Shown here: in pieces, positions 1-8,700 of the stretch
How positions within the stretch are numbered: position 1 is the first letter of the stretch
Layout: each line of letters opens with the position of its first letter
IMG/VR virus record: IMGVR_UViG_3300032239_000345
Location: 1-32,755 of that record
Strand: one strand, 5' to 3'
Length of the DNA: 32,755 nt
Origin: a virus
Lineage: Duplodnaviria > Caudoviricetes
The notes under the pieces: model-generated
Databases searched by the model: none
The model's input: only the letters and a program-made list of their open reading frames with translations
Told to the model about the DNA's origin: nothing
Made by a program: the position numbers and the translations under genes

Positions 1-123
1 CAGGACTTAAAAATCCTGGGCAAGTTGAACACAATCCAACGCACCACCTTTATGGAAAAGGCTCCACAACAGATGGAGCATATTCTACGACTGATCAGTG
101 AACGATTGCATTTAGGATTGGAC
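1..123. repeat. Terminal direct repeat, left copy (123 bp)
   Basis: Bases 1-123 (caggacttaa...ggattggac) are identical to 32633-32755. This is typical of a circular assembly overlap and gives a unit length of 32,632 bp. Confidence 0.97.
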
Positions 124-255
124 AAGCGTGATGGTGTTCGTGTGCAGGATCCCAACACATGGTTATTGACTGCTGAAGAAATTCAACAGTTGAGTCATGC
201 TATGTTCTTAGTAAATGAAATAAGAATAAGCATGACGCCCCATGATAGATCCTGA
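1..255 (+). CDS. Hypothetical protein, 3' part; true start at 32600 across the circular junction (95 aa total)
   Basis: ATG at 32600 reads MQAGVDVDPLVQDLKILGKLNTIQR..., in frame with the listed 25..255 ORF. Confidence 0.8.
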   Translation, partial: QDLKILGKLNTIQRTTFMEKAPQQMEHILRLISERLHLGLDKRDGVRVQDPNTWLLTAEEIQQLSHAMFLVNEIRISMTPHDRS

Positions 256-451
256 TTTTGATCCCTTAAGCATTTTACAAGACACTGCACACAATTTGGA
301 AGCATTAAGTGGGCAAGTGGCTCATTTGGCTCATGTGTTAGAAGTGGCCACCCAACACCTACAGGCCTTGGAACGACGTTATGTGGACATACAATTCATG
401 TGTTCTAACCTAAACTCACGCCTAAACCAATTGGAACCACAAGATGATTGA
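242..451 (+). CDS. Small coiled-coil hypothetical protein upstream of terminase
   Basis: 69 aa with heptad Leu pattern; overlaps both neighbours as in a coupled operon. Confidence 0.7.
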   Translation: MIDPDFDPLSILQDTAHNLEALSGQVAHLAHVLEVATQHLQALERRYVDIQFMCSNLNSRLNQLEPQDD

Positions 452-2075
452 CAGCAACGTGCTCATGCGTCGCGCTGTTAGATACAGTTGCGACCAACAT
501 AACCTAAAAGTGGACACACTGAACTTAATGGATAGTGCCACCTTGTTCAAATTCCAAGACTTTGCTATTGCAGTGGCAGAAGATATGAAGTGGAACCAAC
601 TCAAATACTTTAGACCATTTGATCACCAAATAGCATTTTTCAAAACTGGCACTAGTGAACGTAGAGGCATCCTAGCGGCCAATCGTATTGGTAAAACTGT
701 GTCAACCTGTTATGAAACTGCTTACCATTTGACAGGCTTATATCCAGATTGGTGGCCCAAAGAAGCCAAGCGACACATCAAACCCACCACATGGTTTGTC
801 AGTGGTGAAGGTTGGGAACAGGTTGCCCGTGTGTTACAGGATGAATTGATTGGTACCAAAGACATCAAGATCAAGGACCAAATTGGCACAGGAGCCATAC
901 CACGCTCGTGCATTGTGTTGGATACCATGCGCTGTGATGGTGCCAACGTTATTGGTGTAGAGATTCGTCATGTCACAGGTGCCAATTCATATTTGCTATT
1001 TGGTAACTACACGCAGGAAGTTAGAAACCTACAGGGTTTTAAATTGGATGGAGTTGTGTTTGATGAACAGCCACCAGATGATATATTCAGTGAGTTGGTC
1101 ACACGTACTGCCACAACGCAGGGTCAGGTCCTGTGTTCGTTTACACCCTTAAAAGGTCTCAACGGTTTGGTCAGCAAGTTCTGGTATCAAGAACAAGGCT
1201 ATGAACATATTCGTGTTACTTGGGAAGATGTTCCAGAGTTAGATCCATGGGGTGAACCATTCCTATTGCATGCCACACGTCGTCAGTTGGAACGTGATTA
1301 CTTGCCACATGAACGTGAAGCCCGTATTGCAGGTATACCAGTCATGGGACAGGGTGCTGTGTTTCAAATACGCAATTGGCCCACTTATAAAACTGGTGAC
1401 TATGATTTTAAAACCATGAACCACATTGAACGTGTGATAGCCATGGACTTGGGCTTGGTCAGAGACAAAACTGTTATTAGCCTAATGTATTGGAATCCAC
1501 GCACACAGGAAGCATGGTTGCACAGTCAAGTAGTGGTCAAGGGCACTGAAGAAGCCAACCCCTTAAACTACATCAACCACTTGGTCAGACCAGAAGTGTT
1601 TGGTTGTCCCATTGTGTTGCCATCAGATGCCAATACAGCAGGTCGTTATACTATGAGTGCATTGTCATTGCGACAGTTGTTCCAAGAGTATGAACTTAAC
1701 GTGGTAGATAATCCTGCCATGAATCCACCAGATGCAGAAGGCAAAGTTACCAATAACAAATCATTTGGTGTCAACGTCATGCGACAGATGTTGGAGTTGG
1801 GCACTTTACAAATAAATGAAAACTGTGTGGAATTTCTACGTGAATGCAAGAACTACTTTGTGGATGAGAAAGGTCGTTTCAGTGATCCAGATGACTGTAT
1901 TGACTCAGCACGTTATGCACTATTAGGCTGCTTGAACAAGTGGAGTGAACCCTACGATCACAAGACACCACAGCAACGCTTTGCAGAAGCCAAGATGCAG
2001 ATGCGTAATTTACGATACAAGCAATCAGATAGAGAAAAGCCTGAATGGAAGCGTGTTTACAGCCCAGAAACTTAA
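444..2075 (+). CDS. terL: Terminase large subunit
   Basis: Walker A AANRIGKT, Walker B VVFDE, coupling motif FTP, RNase H-like nuclease acidic motifs IAMDLG and DDCIDSARY; lies directly upstream of the portal. Confidence 0.95.
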   Translation: MIDSNVLMRRAVRYSCDQHNLKVDTLNLMDSATLFKFQDFAIAVAEDMKWNQLKYFRPFDHQIAFFKTGTSERRGILAANRIGKTVSTCYETAYHLTGLYPDWWPKEAKRHIKPTTWFVSGEGWEQVARVLQDELIGTKDIKIKDQIGTGAIPRSCIVLDTMRCDGANVIGVEIRHVTGANSYLLFGNYTQEVRNLQGFKLDGVVFDEQPPDDIFSELVTRTATTQGQVLCSFTPLKGLNGLVSKFWYQEQGYEHIRVTWEDVPELDPWGEPFLLHATRRQLERDYLPHEREARIAGIPVMGQGAVFQIRNWPTYKTGDYDFKTMNHIERVIAMDLGLVRDKTVISLMYWNPRTQEAWLHSQVVVKGTEEANPLNYINHLVRPEVFGCPIVLPSDANTAGRYTMSALSLRQLFQEYELNVVDNPAMNPPDAEGKVTNNKSFGVNVMRQMLELGTLQINENCVEFLRECKNYFVDEKGRFSDPDDCIDSARYALLGCLNKWSEPYDHKTPQQRFAEAKMQMRNLRYKQSDREKPEWKRVYSPET

Positions 2076-2080
2076 AAGCA

Positions 2081-2087
2081 ATAAATA
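2081..2087 (+). promoter_or_regulatory. ATAAATA box (putative late promoter) upstream of portal
   Basis: Recurrent intergenic TAAATA motif, 28 nt before ATG 2116; resembles the T4-type late promoter TATAAATA. Confidence 0.5.
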
Positions 2088-2115
2088 AAGAATACGACCC
2101 AATTAGGAAAAATAC

Positions 2116-4461
2116 ATGTTTGATAAAAGCCATTTTGTTACCAATGATATCACCAATCCCAAAGGAGCCATGGATCGCTTCTTGTATATGAAGCGTTTGT
2201 TGGACCAAAAATGCGCGGCAAACTTGCGGTTACTGGCCACCAAAAACAACATCAATCGTGCCAGTGATTATCACTATTTGAATCTTGCGGTTACACAGTC
2301 TACTGAGCCAGTCAATGGTATTGATTACATTCACCCAGTGGTCAAACCCAATGTGGATTATTCCACAGCAGTTATCAGCAAGGGTCTAATGCAGAATGGT
2401 GAGATCAACTTTGAATTTGTTCCAGACAATGAAGATGATCGTGATGCCGCAGTACAGGCCACCAACATGGTTCACAAGTTGGTCAATCAAAGCAATGATC
2501 CACACCAAATCCTACAGCATTGGATCATGGATGCACTGTTACACAAAAATGGTGAGATGTTGATTGCACCACACAGAGAACAGATCACTCGCTATATCAA
2601 AACCAAAGGCACTGCCGCACAACTACAGGCCTTTGAAGCACAGGCCGCAGACAGCGGTCTAACAGCCCTGCGTCAAAGTCGTCGCAAGACAGCAGTTGAT
2701 ATAGAACAGGTCATGAAAGAAACTCAGCAATGGGCACAGGGCGCACAGGCTGACCAACACCAACAGCGCATTGACACAGCCTTACAAACATTAAAGGCAG
2801 GAGCAGAGGGCGAGGAAGTGGATCTAACACAGATGGTCACTCCTGATGATGCCAATATTCAACTCAACGAGGGTGAAGCCGCAATCACAGACAGCATCAG
2901 TAGAAACACTATCTATGAAGCTGAATACAAATTGACTGGTTATAATCTAACTGTCAAGTTCCGTCCCATCGCACAACACTATTGGATCTGTAATCCCACA
3001 ATCGTGGGCATACAAGAACAAGACTTCTGTGGATTCTATGAGCCCATGAGCATACAGGAAGCCACAGAACTATATCCTAACATTGACCTAGAGAAATTCA
3101 AAGTACACGCAGAGTTTAGTAATGTGGGTGCTTATCAAGCAGGTTCCTTGTTAAACAACTTGGCCATACACGCACGTGATAGTGTGCCTATCAATGGCCT
3201 ACCACAACAGGGCTATGCGGCAGCAGAAGCAGAAGCACGTCAAGTAACTGTGCTGACTGTTTGGAACCGTTATGACATAGATGGTGATGGTGAATTGGAA
3301 TTGGTGGAAGTTATCTACAGTGGTTCATACATTATTTCTGCAAGAGAAGTAGAATTTATTCCAGTGGCCAACATGTGTCCACGTCCCCTACCACAAAACT
3401 TCTATGGCATGAGCCTAGCTGAAAGTCTAGTGCCTGCACAGGAATATGCCACAGCCGCACACCGTGCTGAAATACAATTGGGCTTGTTAACAGCCACTCC
3501 ACGTATTGGTGTCAAACCAGACCGTGTGGACTTTGAAATGTTACAGGATGGTGAAGCCGCAATCTTTATTTTAGATTCAAAGTTTGATCCAGCCACTGAC
3601 GTATACCCAATGCCAGCACCCAGTGGTAATCTACAGTTTATTGAAGTGGCCATGAGCCGTATACAACAAGACACCATGGCACTTGTGGGCATGACCACAC
3701 CAACAGATACATTTAATCCAGAAGTCATGGATGCTGGTAACAGTGGAGCCAAACTGCAAATGGCCATGGGACCAAATCAAATCATTCAGGACAACATTAT
3801 CAAGAACTGTGCTGAAGGACTCAAGGATGCCATTTGGTTGGTATGGCGCACTCTAGTTCAATATGGTGATGATTATGGTGTTAAGAAATTGGCACAACAG
3901 TTTCACCCACAGAAACGTGCAGAATACATGGATGCTGTTTCATATGATGACATGAACTTCTGTGAACGCAAGATCATACACATTGATTTGGCCCTAGGCA
4001 TGGCCAGTGAACAAAATGCCCTACAACGCCTACAGATCATCAAACAGATTCAAACACAACTCACACAAGAAGTTGCACAGGGTGTGGCCACAGGTGCAAT
4101 GACACCAGACTCATTTAAGAAAATACGTAGACCCTTTGAAGACATGTTATATGTCTTGGGTGTAAAAGAATGCGATGTGTATTTGGTTACTGAAGATGAA
4201 GTTATGGCCATGACCAAACAGGCACAAGAAGCTGCCAAACAGAAAGGACCAAGTCCAGCTGATCAGAAGATCATGGCTGATACTGAATTGGCCAAGGCAC
4301 GTGGTCAAGAGATCATGGCCAATATACAGGGCAAGAGTCCTAGCGCACAGGTTGACTTGAGTCTAGCCAACAAACACAATTCAGATGTGGCTGGTATCAG
4401 TGCAGGCAAACAATTGGATGCCATTAGCTTGACCAAACTGCACAAGGCCACTAATTATTAA
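2116..4461 (+). CDS. Portal protein (P22-like podovirus type)
   Basis: 781 aa after terL; motifs F.P..EDD..AA.QAT..V, DALLHKNG, YDIDGDGELE, P.P..FYG.S and a Gln-rich helical C-terminus; SD AGGA. Confidence 0.88.
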   Translation: MFDKSHFVTNDITNPKGAMDRFLYMKRLLDQKCAANLRLLATKNNINRASDYHYLNLAVTQSTEPVNGIDYIHPVVKPNVDYSTAVISKGLMQNGEINFEFVPDNEDDRDAAVQATNMVHKLVNQSNDPHQILQHWIMDALLHKNGEMLIAPHREQITRYIKTKGTAAQLQAFEAQAADSGLTALRQSRRKTAVDIEQVMKETQQWAQGAQADQHQQRIDTALQTLKAGAEGEEVDLTQMVTPDDANIQLNEGEAAITDSISRNTIYEAEYKLTGYNLTVKFRPIAQHYWICNPTIVGIQEQDFCGFYEPMSIQEATELYPNIDLEKFKVHAEFSNVGAYQAGSLLNNLAIHARDSVPINGLPQQGYAAAEAEARQVTVLTVWNRYDIDGDGELELVEVIYSGSYIISAREVEFIPVANMCPRPLPQNFYGMSLAESLVPAQEYATAAHRAEIQLGLLTATPRIGVKPDRVDFEMLQDGEAAIFILDSKFDPATDVYPMPAPSGNLQFIEVAMSRIQQDTMALVGMTTPTDTFNPEVMDAGNSGAKLQMAMGPNQIIQDNIIKNCAEGLKDAIWLVWRTLVQYGDDYGVKKLAQQFHPQKRAEYMDAVSYDDMNFCERKIIHIDLALGMASEQNALQRLQIIKQIQTQLTQEVAQGVATGAMTPDSFKKIRRPFEDMLYVLGVKECDVYLVTEDEVMAMTKQAQEAAKQKGPSPADQKIMADTELAKARGQEIMANIQGKSPSAQVDLSLANKHNSDVAGISAGKQLDAISLTKLHKATNY

Positions 4462-4497
4462 TTGAAATGTACAGAATTTTATTGAAATGGAGAAGGA

Positions 4498-4857
4498 ATG
4501 TTAATAAATGACGAATTGACCCAGGCATTTAACCAAAAACCTAGGGTGGATATAAATAGTATTAAGAAGATGTCGCCAGGACAACTGGACAGTGTTAAGA
4601 CATATGGTAGTGGTGCAGAGAATTTATTGAAGAATAAGGACTTTGCATTATTTGTTCATCACTTTAAATTTGATCTTGCTAATGAACTTAGTGAGATCAA
4701 AGGACATGCAGATGAAGACAACCATAAACGAATTAGCATTGCACACAACCTAAGTGGCATTGACAAATTTGTAGCCAGCTTGCATAAAGCTGTTTACTTT
4801 AAAAACTCTGCGGTAAGCATTCAAAGCCCCGCGGCAAAGGAAAATTTAGATGAGTGA
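4498..4857 (+). CDS. Hypothetical head-module protein between portal and scaffold
   Basis: 119 aa, SD AAGGA/GGAG upstream; position in the head operon. Confidence 0.75.
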   Translation: MLINDELTQAFNQKPRVDINSIKKMSPGQLDSVKTYGSGAENLLKNKDFALFVHHFKFDLANELSEIKGHADEDNHKRISIAHNLSGIDKFVASLHKAVYFKNSAVSIQSPAAKENLDE

Positions 4858-6010
4858 AATATTAGACACGCCTAACGTCACTGACGCGGCCAATGTACAA
4901 AATTCAGCCCCAACCATGGATTCAATAGCCCAGAAAATGGCCGCAATGCGTAACCAAGTTTCTGCTACCGTGAAAGCTGAGACAGGTTCTGAAGCTGAGG
5001 CAACAGCAACAGCCCCTGTGGACCCAGAAGGTAACGAAAACGATACCTCAAGTGTAGAGCCAGAAGTTGACCTCACAGAGTCACAAGATAGTGAAGCCGC
5101 AGATGACAGTGAAGCCCCTCAAGAGGTAAGCCCACAAGATTCTTCACAGCAGGAAGTAATTGACTTTATTGAATTCGCCAATGAGAACCCAGACGCCAAG
5201 TTTAAGTTCATGCGAAACGGTAAGGAAATGGTTATTGATGCCAAGCGAGCAGCCGCTATTCTAGGACAAGGTGGAGCCATCCATGAAGAAGCAAGAGAAC
5301 TTAAAGTTCAAAAAGCAGAGTTTGATGAATACCTCAAGACCAAACAGTCTGAGGCAGAAGGACTTACTCTAGCACTGGAATTTACCGTTCGTCCGCAAAT
5401 TCAAAAAGCCTATGATGAAATTCTAAAGACACAGGGATATCAAAATACATTTGCACAGCAATTGCAGGTAGCACAACAGCGTAATGACTTCGCGTCAATT
5501 ACCAAGATACAGGCAAACATGGCGCAGAATGAACGTTGGATCCAGCAACAGAATTCTACTATTCAACAACTGAAACCCAATTTGGATCAGTTTTACAATA
5601 TTAGAAAACAACAGGTTGCACAGGTGTTGGAACAGAATCGTCAGCAGTTCAAAGATAAAGAACTGCGTAACGAATATGTTTACAATGAATTACGTGATAA
5701 GGTTGCAAAGAATTGGCAGGGAGCGAAAGGTCAACTGGTGCCAGGTATTGATAACATAGATTTAATCAGCAGTGATGAACACATTATGAGTTTGATCAAA
5801 GACGGTTTCAAATACAGAGAAAAGCCCACAACCAAATCTGCTGGCAGTAGCATTGCGGCATTGACCTCTAAAAAGGCCACTATCAACAATAGCAAAAGCC
5901 AAGGACAAGTTAATTTCCAGCAACTTCAAGAAAGAGCCAATAAGGGCGATCGTAAAGCCCAGGATAATTTACTAGTTGCAAAGATGAATGCTTTGCGAGG
6001 ACGTAGATAA
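4850..6010 (+). CDS. Capsid scaffolding protein
   Basis: Acidic disordered N-terminus, KFKFMRNGKE strand, long Gln-rich coiled coil, basic C-terminus; immediately before the capsid gene. Confidence 0.8.
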   Translation: MSEILDTPNVTDAANVQNSAPTMDSIAQKMAAMRNQVSATVKAETGSEAEATATAPVDPEGNENDTSSVEPEVDLTESQDSEAADDSEAPQEVSPQDSSQQEVIDFIEFANENPDAKFKFMRNGKEMVIDAKRAAAILGQGGAIHEEARELKVQKAEFDEYLKTKQSEAEGLTLALEFTVRPQIQKAYDEILKTQGYQNTFAQQLQVAQQRNDFASITKIQANMAQNERWIQQQNSTIQQLKPNLDQFYNIRKQQVAQVLEQNRQQFKDKELRNEYVYNELRDKVAKNWQGAKGQLVPGIDNIDLISSDEHIMSLIKDGFKYREKPTTKSAGSSIAALTSKKATINNSKSQGQVNFQQLQERANKGDRKAQDNLLVAKMNALRGRR

Positions 6011-6039
6011 AATTAGACATAACTTAAAAGGAAATAATC

Positions 6040-7242
6040 ATGTCACAAATCGCAACATCCGCTATTGGTAACGGTACTACAGCTTATGCTTCAGACATCG
6101 TTGTCAAGGACTTAGACCTAGATGTATCTAACCGCGTTAAGGACGATACACCTGTATTAAACATGGCCATGGCCAAAAAGCGTAAAGTTGTTAGCACTTT
6201 ACCATTGTGGACAAACGACGTTTATCGTTTGCCTGCTACTCAAGCTAACCAAGAAGGTGCCGCAGTTACTAGCTCTCTAGCAGAAAGCAACCAACGTGCT
6301 AACCTAGGTAACTACACACAGATTTTCAGTACAGTTATTAGTGCTACTGGTAGTGCTCGTGCAGTTGAACAAAGTGGTGGTGATCCTCAAGCATACCAAG
6401 AAGTCAAGCAATTGATTGAATTGATGTTTGACGTTGAAGCACAATGCGTTCGTGCTGACCAAATTGGTACCAAGTACGGCGGACAAAGCGGTACAGCTGG
6501 TGGCGTAACAGGCGCTACACAAACTGGTCGTCGTTTTGGTAGTCTAAATGCTTTCGCTGGTACACACAGTTTTAACACAACTGGTTCTAGCACAAGTACT
6601 TTCAGCACTTATATCAACGGTGAAACAACTGACGTTATCACAACTCAAACTGGTCTATACATTGGTGGACAAAATGGTCAATCCATTGGTTCTTGCTACT
6701 ATGCAGCCAGCGACGAAGTTAACACACAGTTCTACCCAGCGATCTACAAGCAGTTGGTTACAGCGGCTGAGAAGCGTTTCAACGCTAAGATCCGTACTGT
6801 TGTTTGCCCAACAAGTTTGCGTACACACTTGTCTGACACATTCCCAACATCACGTGGTATCAACCGTGTGAACAGTGAGCGTGGCGACAGTATCCAAACT
6901 TACGAAGGCGACTTCAATTACACTTACGAAATCTATGATTCTTGGATCATGGACCAAATTGGTGTTGCCAACAGTGTTTACTTCTTGAATGAAGAAGTTT
7001 TACAGTGGGGTTCTTTACGTGACCTAGGTCCTAACAACGAGATCTTCAGCAATGCTGACGCTAGTCTAGACCAGTTCATTATGGAAGGTACATTGATTGT
7101 ACGTAACCCAGCTGGTGTTGCTGTATTGCATGACATTAGTGCTACTGCAACAGCTCCAACATTGAACAGCTTAGGTGCAGGACCACTACGTCCAGCAAGC
7201 GCAGTTGCTCGTATCAACATTTGGGGTGGCGGTTACTTCTAA
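6040..7242 (+). CDS. Major capsid protein (SU10/DUF5309-like family, HK97 fold)
   Basis: Motifs DTP, W..D, EG, NYTQIF..VI..TGS..AV and E.TL.V.NP; strongly biased codons; SD AAGGA; followed by a terminator. Confidence 0.9.
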   Translation: MSQIATSAIGNGTTAYASDIVVKDLDLDVSNRVKDDTPVLNMAMAKKRKVVSTLPLWTNDVYRLPATQANQEGAAVTSSLAESNQRANLGNYTQIFSTVISATGSARAVEQSGGDPQAYQEVKQLIELMFDVEAQCVRADQIGTKYGGQSGTAGGVTGATQTGRRFGSLNAFAGTHSFNTTGSSTSTFSTYINGETTDVITTQTGLYIGGQNGQSIGSCYYAASDEVNTQFYPAIYKQLVTAAEKRFNAKIRTVVCPTSLRTHLSDTFPTSRGINRVNSERGDSIQTYEGDFNYTYEIYDSWIMDQIGVANSVYFLNEEVLQWGSLRDLGPNNEIFSNADASLDQFIMEGTLIVRNPAGVAVLHDISATATAPTLNSLGAGPLRPASAVARINIWGGGYF

Positions 7243-7268
7243 TCTTAACGATTAGTTGTTCGTTAGAC

Positions 7269-7295
7269 AAAGGGGACTTAACGGTCCCCTTTCTT
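7269..7295 (+). terminator. Intrinsic terminator after the capsid gene
   Basis: aaaggggac (7269-7277) pairs with gtccccttt (7284-7292), followed by ctt. Confidence 0.8.
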
Positions 7296-7327
7296 ATGGC
7301 TTCAACTACCTATAAAATACTAGTCTA

Positions 7328-7334
7328 CTAAATA
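7328..7334 (+). promoter_or_regulatory. CTAAATA box (putative late promoter)
   Basis: Lies after the capsid terminator and 18 nt before ATG 7353, where transcription would need to restart. Confidence 0.55.
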
Positions 7335-7352
7335 TAAGATAAGGAAAATGCA

Positions 7353-7958
7353 ATGAAAAAAGAAGATGAATTTACGTTAAAAAACCCTAATGCCAGTATG
7401 TTGGATGACACAGATCCAGAACTAAACTTAGATTATACACGTAGAGATCATGGTGGTATGGTTACCAAAGACAATGGCATGGCAGATGCACTGTTACGTA
7501 ACAACAAGTTATATAACAGCATGAAAGGTGATTGGAGTCGTAGCAGTTGGAATCAAGGTCATAACATATTGACCACAACTGGTCGCGAAGATGGCAAGTT
7601 TTATGTGCGTCGCGAACAGATGAACACAGAAGCCATTGCAGAACGTTGCCGTCGTTATAGACAGGCAGCAGAACAAGGAGTCCCAGATCCCATGGCACCA
7701 TTAGATGATGCAGGTGGACTAGCTTGGAAATGGATGGATCTGCCCAATGTTATAGAACAAAGGATTAGTGATGAATATTTTGGAGGCATGCGTTGGAGCA
7801 CTATCAAACGTGATAGAACGCTCAAAGCTCAGTTTTACAAAGTTGTGGAACAAGAGTACAACGAATATGTGTGCTACCCAGGTGGTCGTCTTCCTATCCC
7901 AGTTCAAGTTCCCTATCCAACCAAAGTGGGTCAAAAGAGATTCTTTGAAGGAAGATAA
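7353..7958 (+). CDS. Hypothetical virion morphogenesis protein
   Basis: 201 aa, SD TAAGGA; lies between capsid and adaptor genes. Confidence 0.75.
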   Translation: MKKEDEFTLKNPNASMLDDTDPELNLDYTRRDHGGMVTKDNGMADALLRNNKLYNSMKGDWSRSSWNQGHNILTTTGREDGKFYVRREQMNTEAIAERCRRYRQAAEQGVPDPMAPLDDAGGLAWKWMDLPNVIEQRISDEYFGGMRWSTIKRDRTLKAQFYKVVEQEYNEYVCYPGGRLPIPVQVPYPTKVGQKRFFEGR

Positions 7959-7961
7959 TAA

Positions 7962-8690
7962 ATGAGTCAAATAGTAGATGCCAATGCCCTAGTAAGTTTT
8001 ATCAAAGATTTTACAGGCAGCACAAATGATAACGAAATTAAAGAATGTATCTATCTAGGTGAGATGATGATGCGTAACCTAGAGTTGCCTATCATGCGTA
8101 GTAATCCATATGATACAGCCTACATTGCTATTGCTGACTCAAATGGACGCATTAACATTCCTGGTGACATGTTAAAACCCATTATATTCTTCAAACAGGG
8201 CGGCACAAATCCTTCAACCAACAATGGTCCTTGGATTGTGTATGACCGTATTGGTGATCGCGACATCATCACAGAAGGCCTAATTGAAAGTCTTTATCTA
8301 AAACCCATTAACATTCCCTCAGTGTATCGTGGCAAGTTCAGTGAAGTTGGTAATCAATATCAATTCCTACCCAAATTGGGCGCTGGAGATCAAGTAAACT
8401 TGTATTACTATAGAACATGGCCCAACCTGTTCAGCACAGACACAACAGGCAACACCATTACCAACAATGGCGCACTGCAAAGTTTTCCAGAAGGCTATGT
8501 GTTTGCCACATTGCACAATTACTATTTGAAACGCAAGAGTCCTGATGATGCCAACATGTACAAGGCCAAGTTTGAAGAATCAATGAACATCATTGAAGAT
8601 CAAAATTCAAAAGGCAAATGGAACGGTGGACACACTAGATTGACCAGCATATTCCAACCGCGTAAAGATCGTCGCTTTACTGCCAAATAA
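7962..8690 (+). CDS. Putative head-tail adaptor protein
   Basis: 242 aa; N-terminal helices (I.L.E..M.R.L), IPGD.L, .LYYY, P..Y.FATL and a C-terminal helix as in podovirus adaptors; position. Confidence 0.65.
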   Translation: MSQIVDANALVSFIKDFTGSTNDNEIKECIYLGEMMMRNLELPIMRSNPYDTAYIAIADSNGRINIPGDMLKPIIFFKQGGTNPSTNNGPWIVYDRIGDRDIITEGLIESLYLKPINIPSVYRGKFSEVGNQYQFLPKLGAGDQVNLYYYRTWPNLFSTDTTGNTITNNGALQSFPEGYVFATLHNYYLKRKSPDDANMYKAKFEESMNIIEDQNSKGKWNGGHTRLTSIFQPRKDRRFTAK

Positions 8691-8700
8691 GGATTAAACG

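Noticed and set aside
1-123. Terminal repeat as a biological T7-type direct terminal repeat or att site
   Set aside because: It falls inside an ORF and is most simply an assembler overlap; the physical ends cannot be inferred from this sequence.
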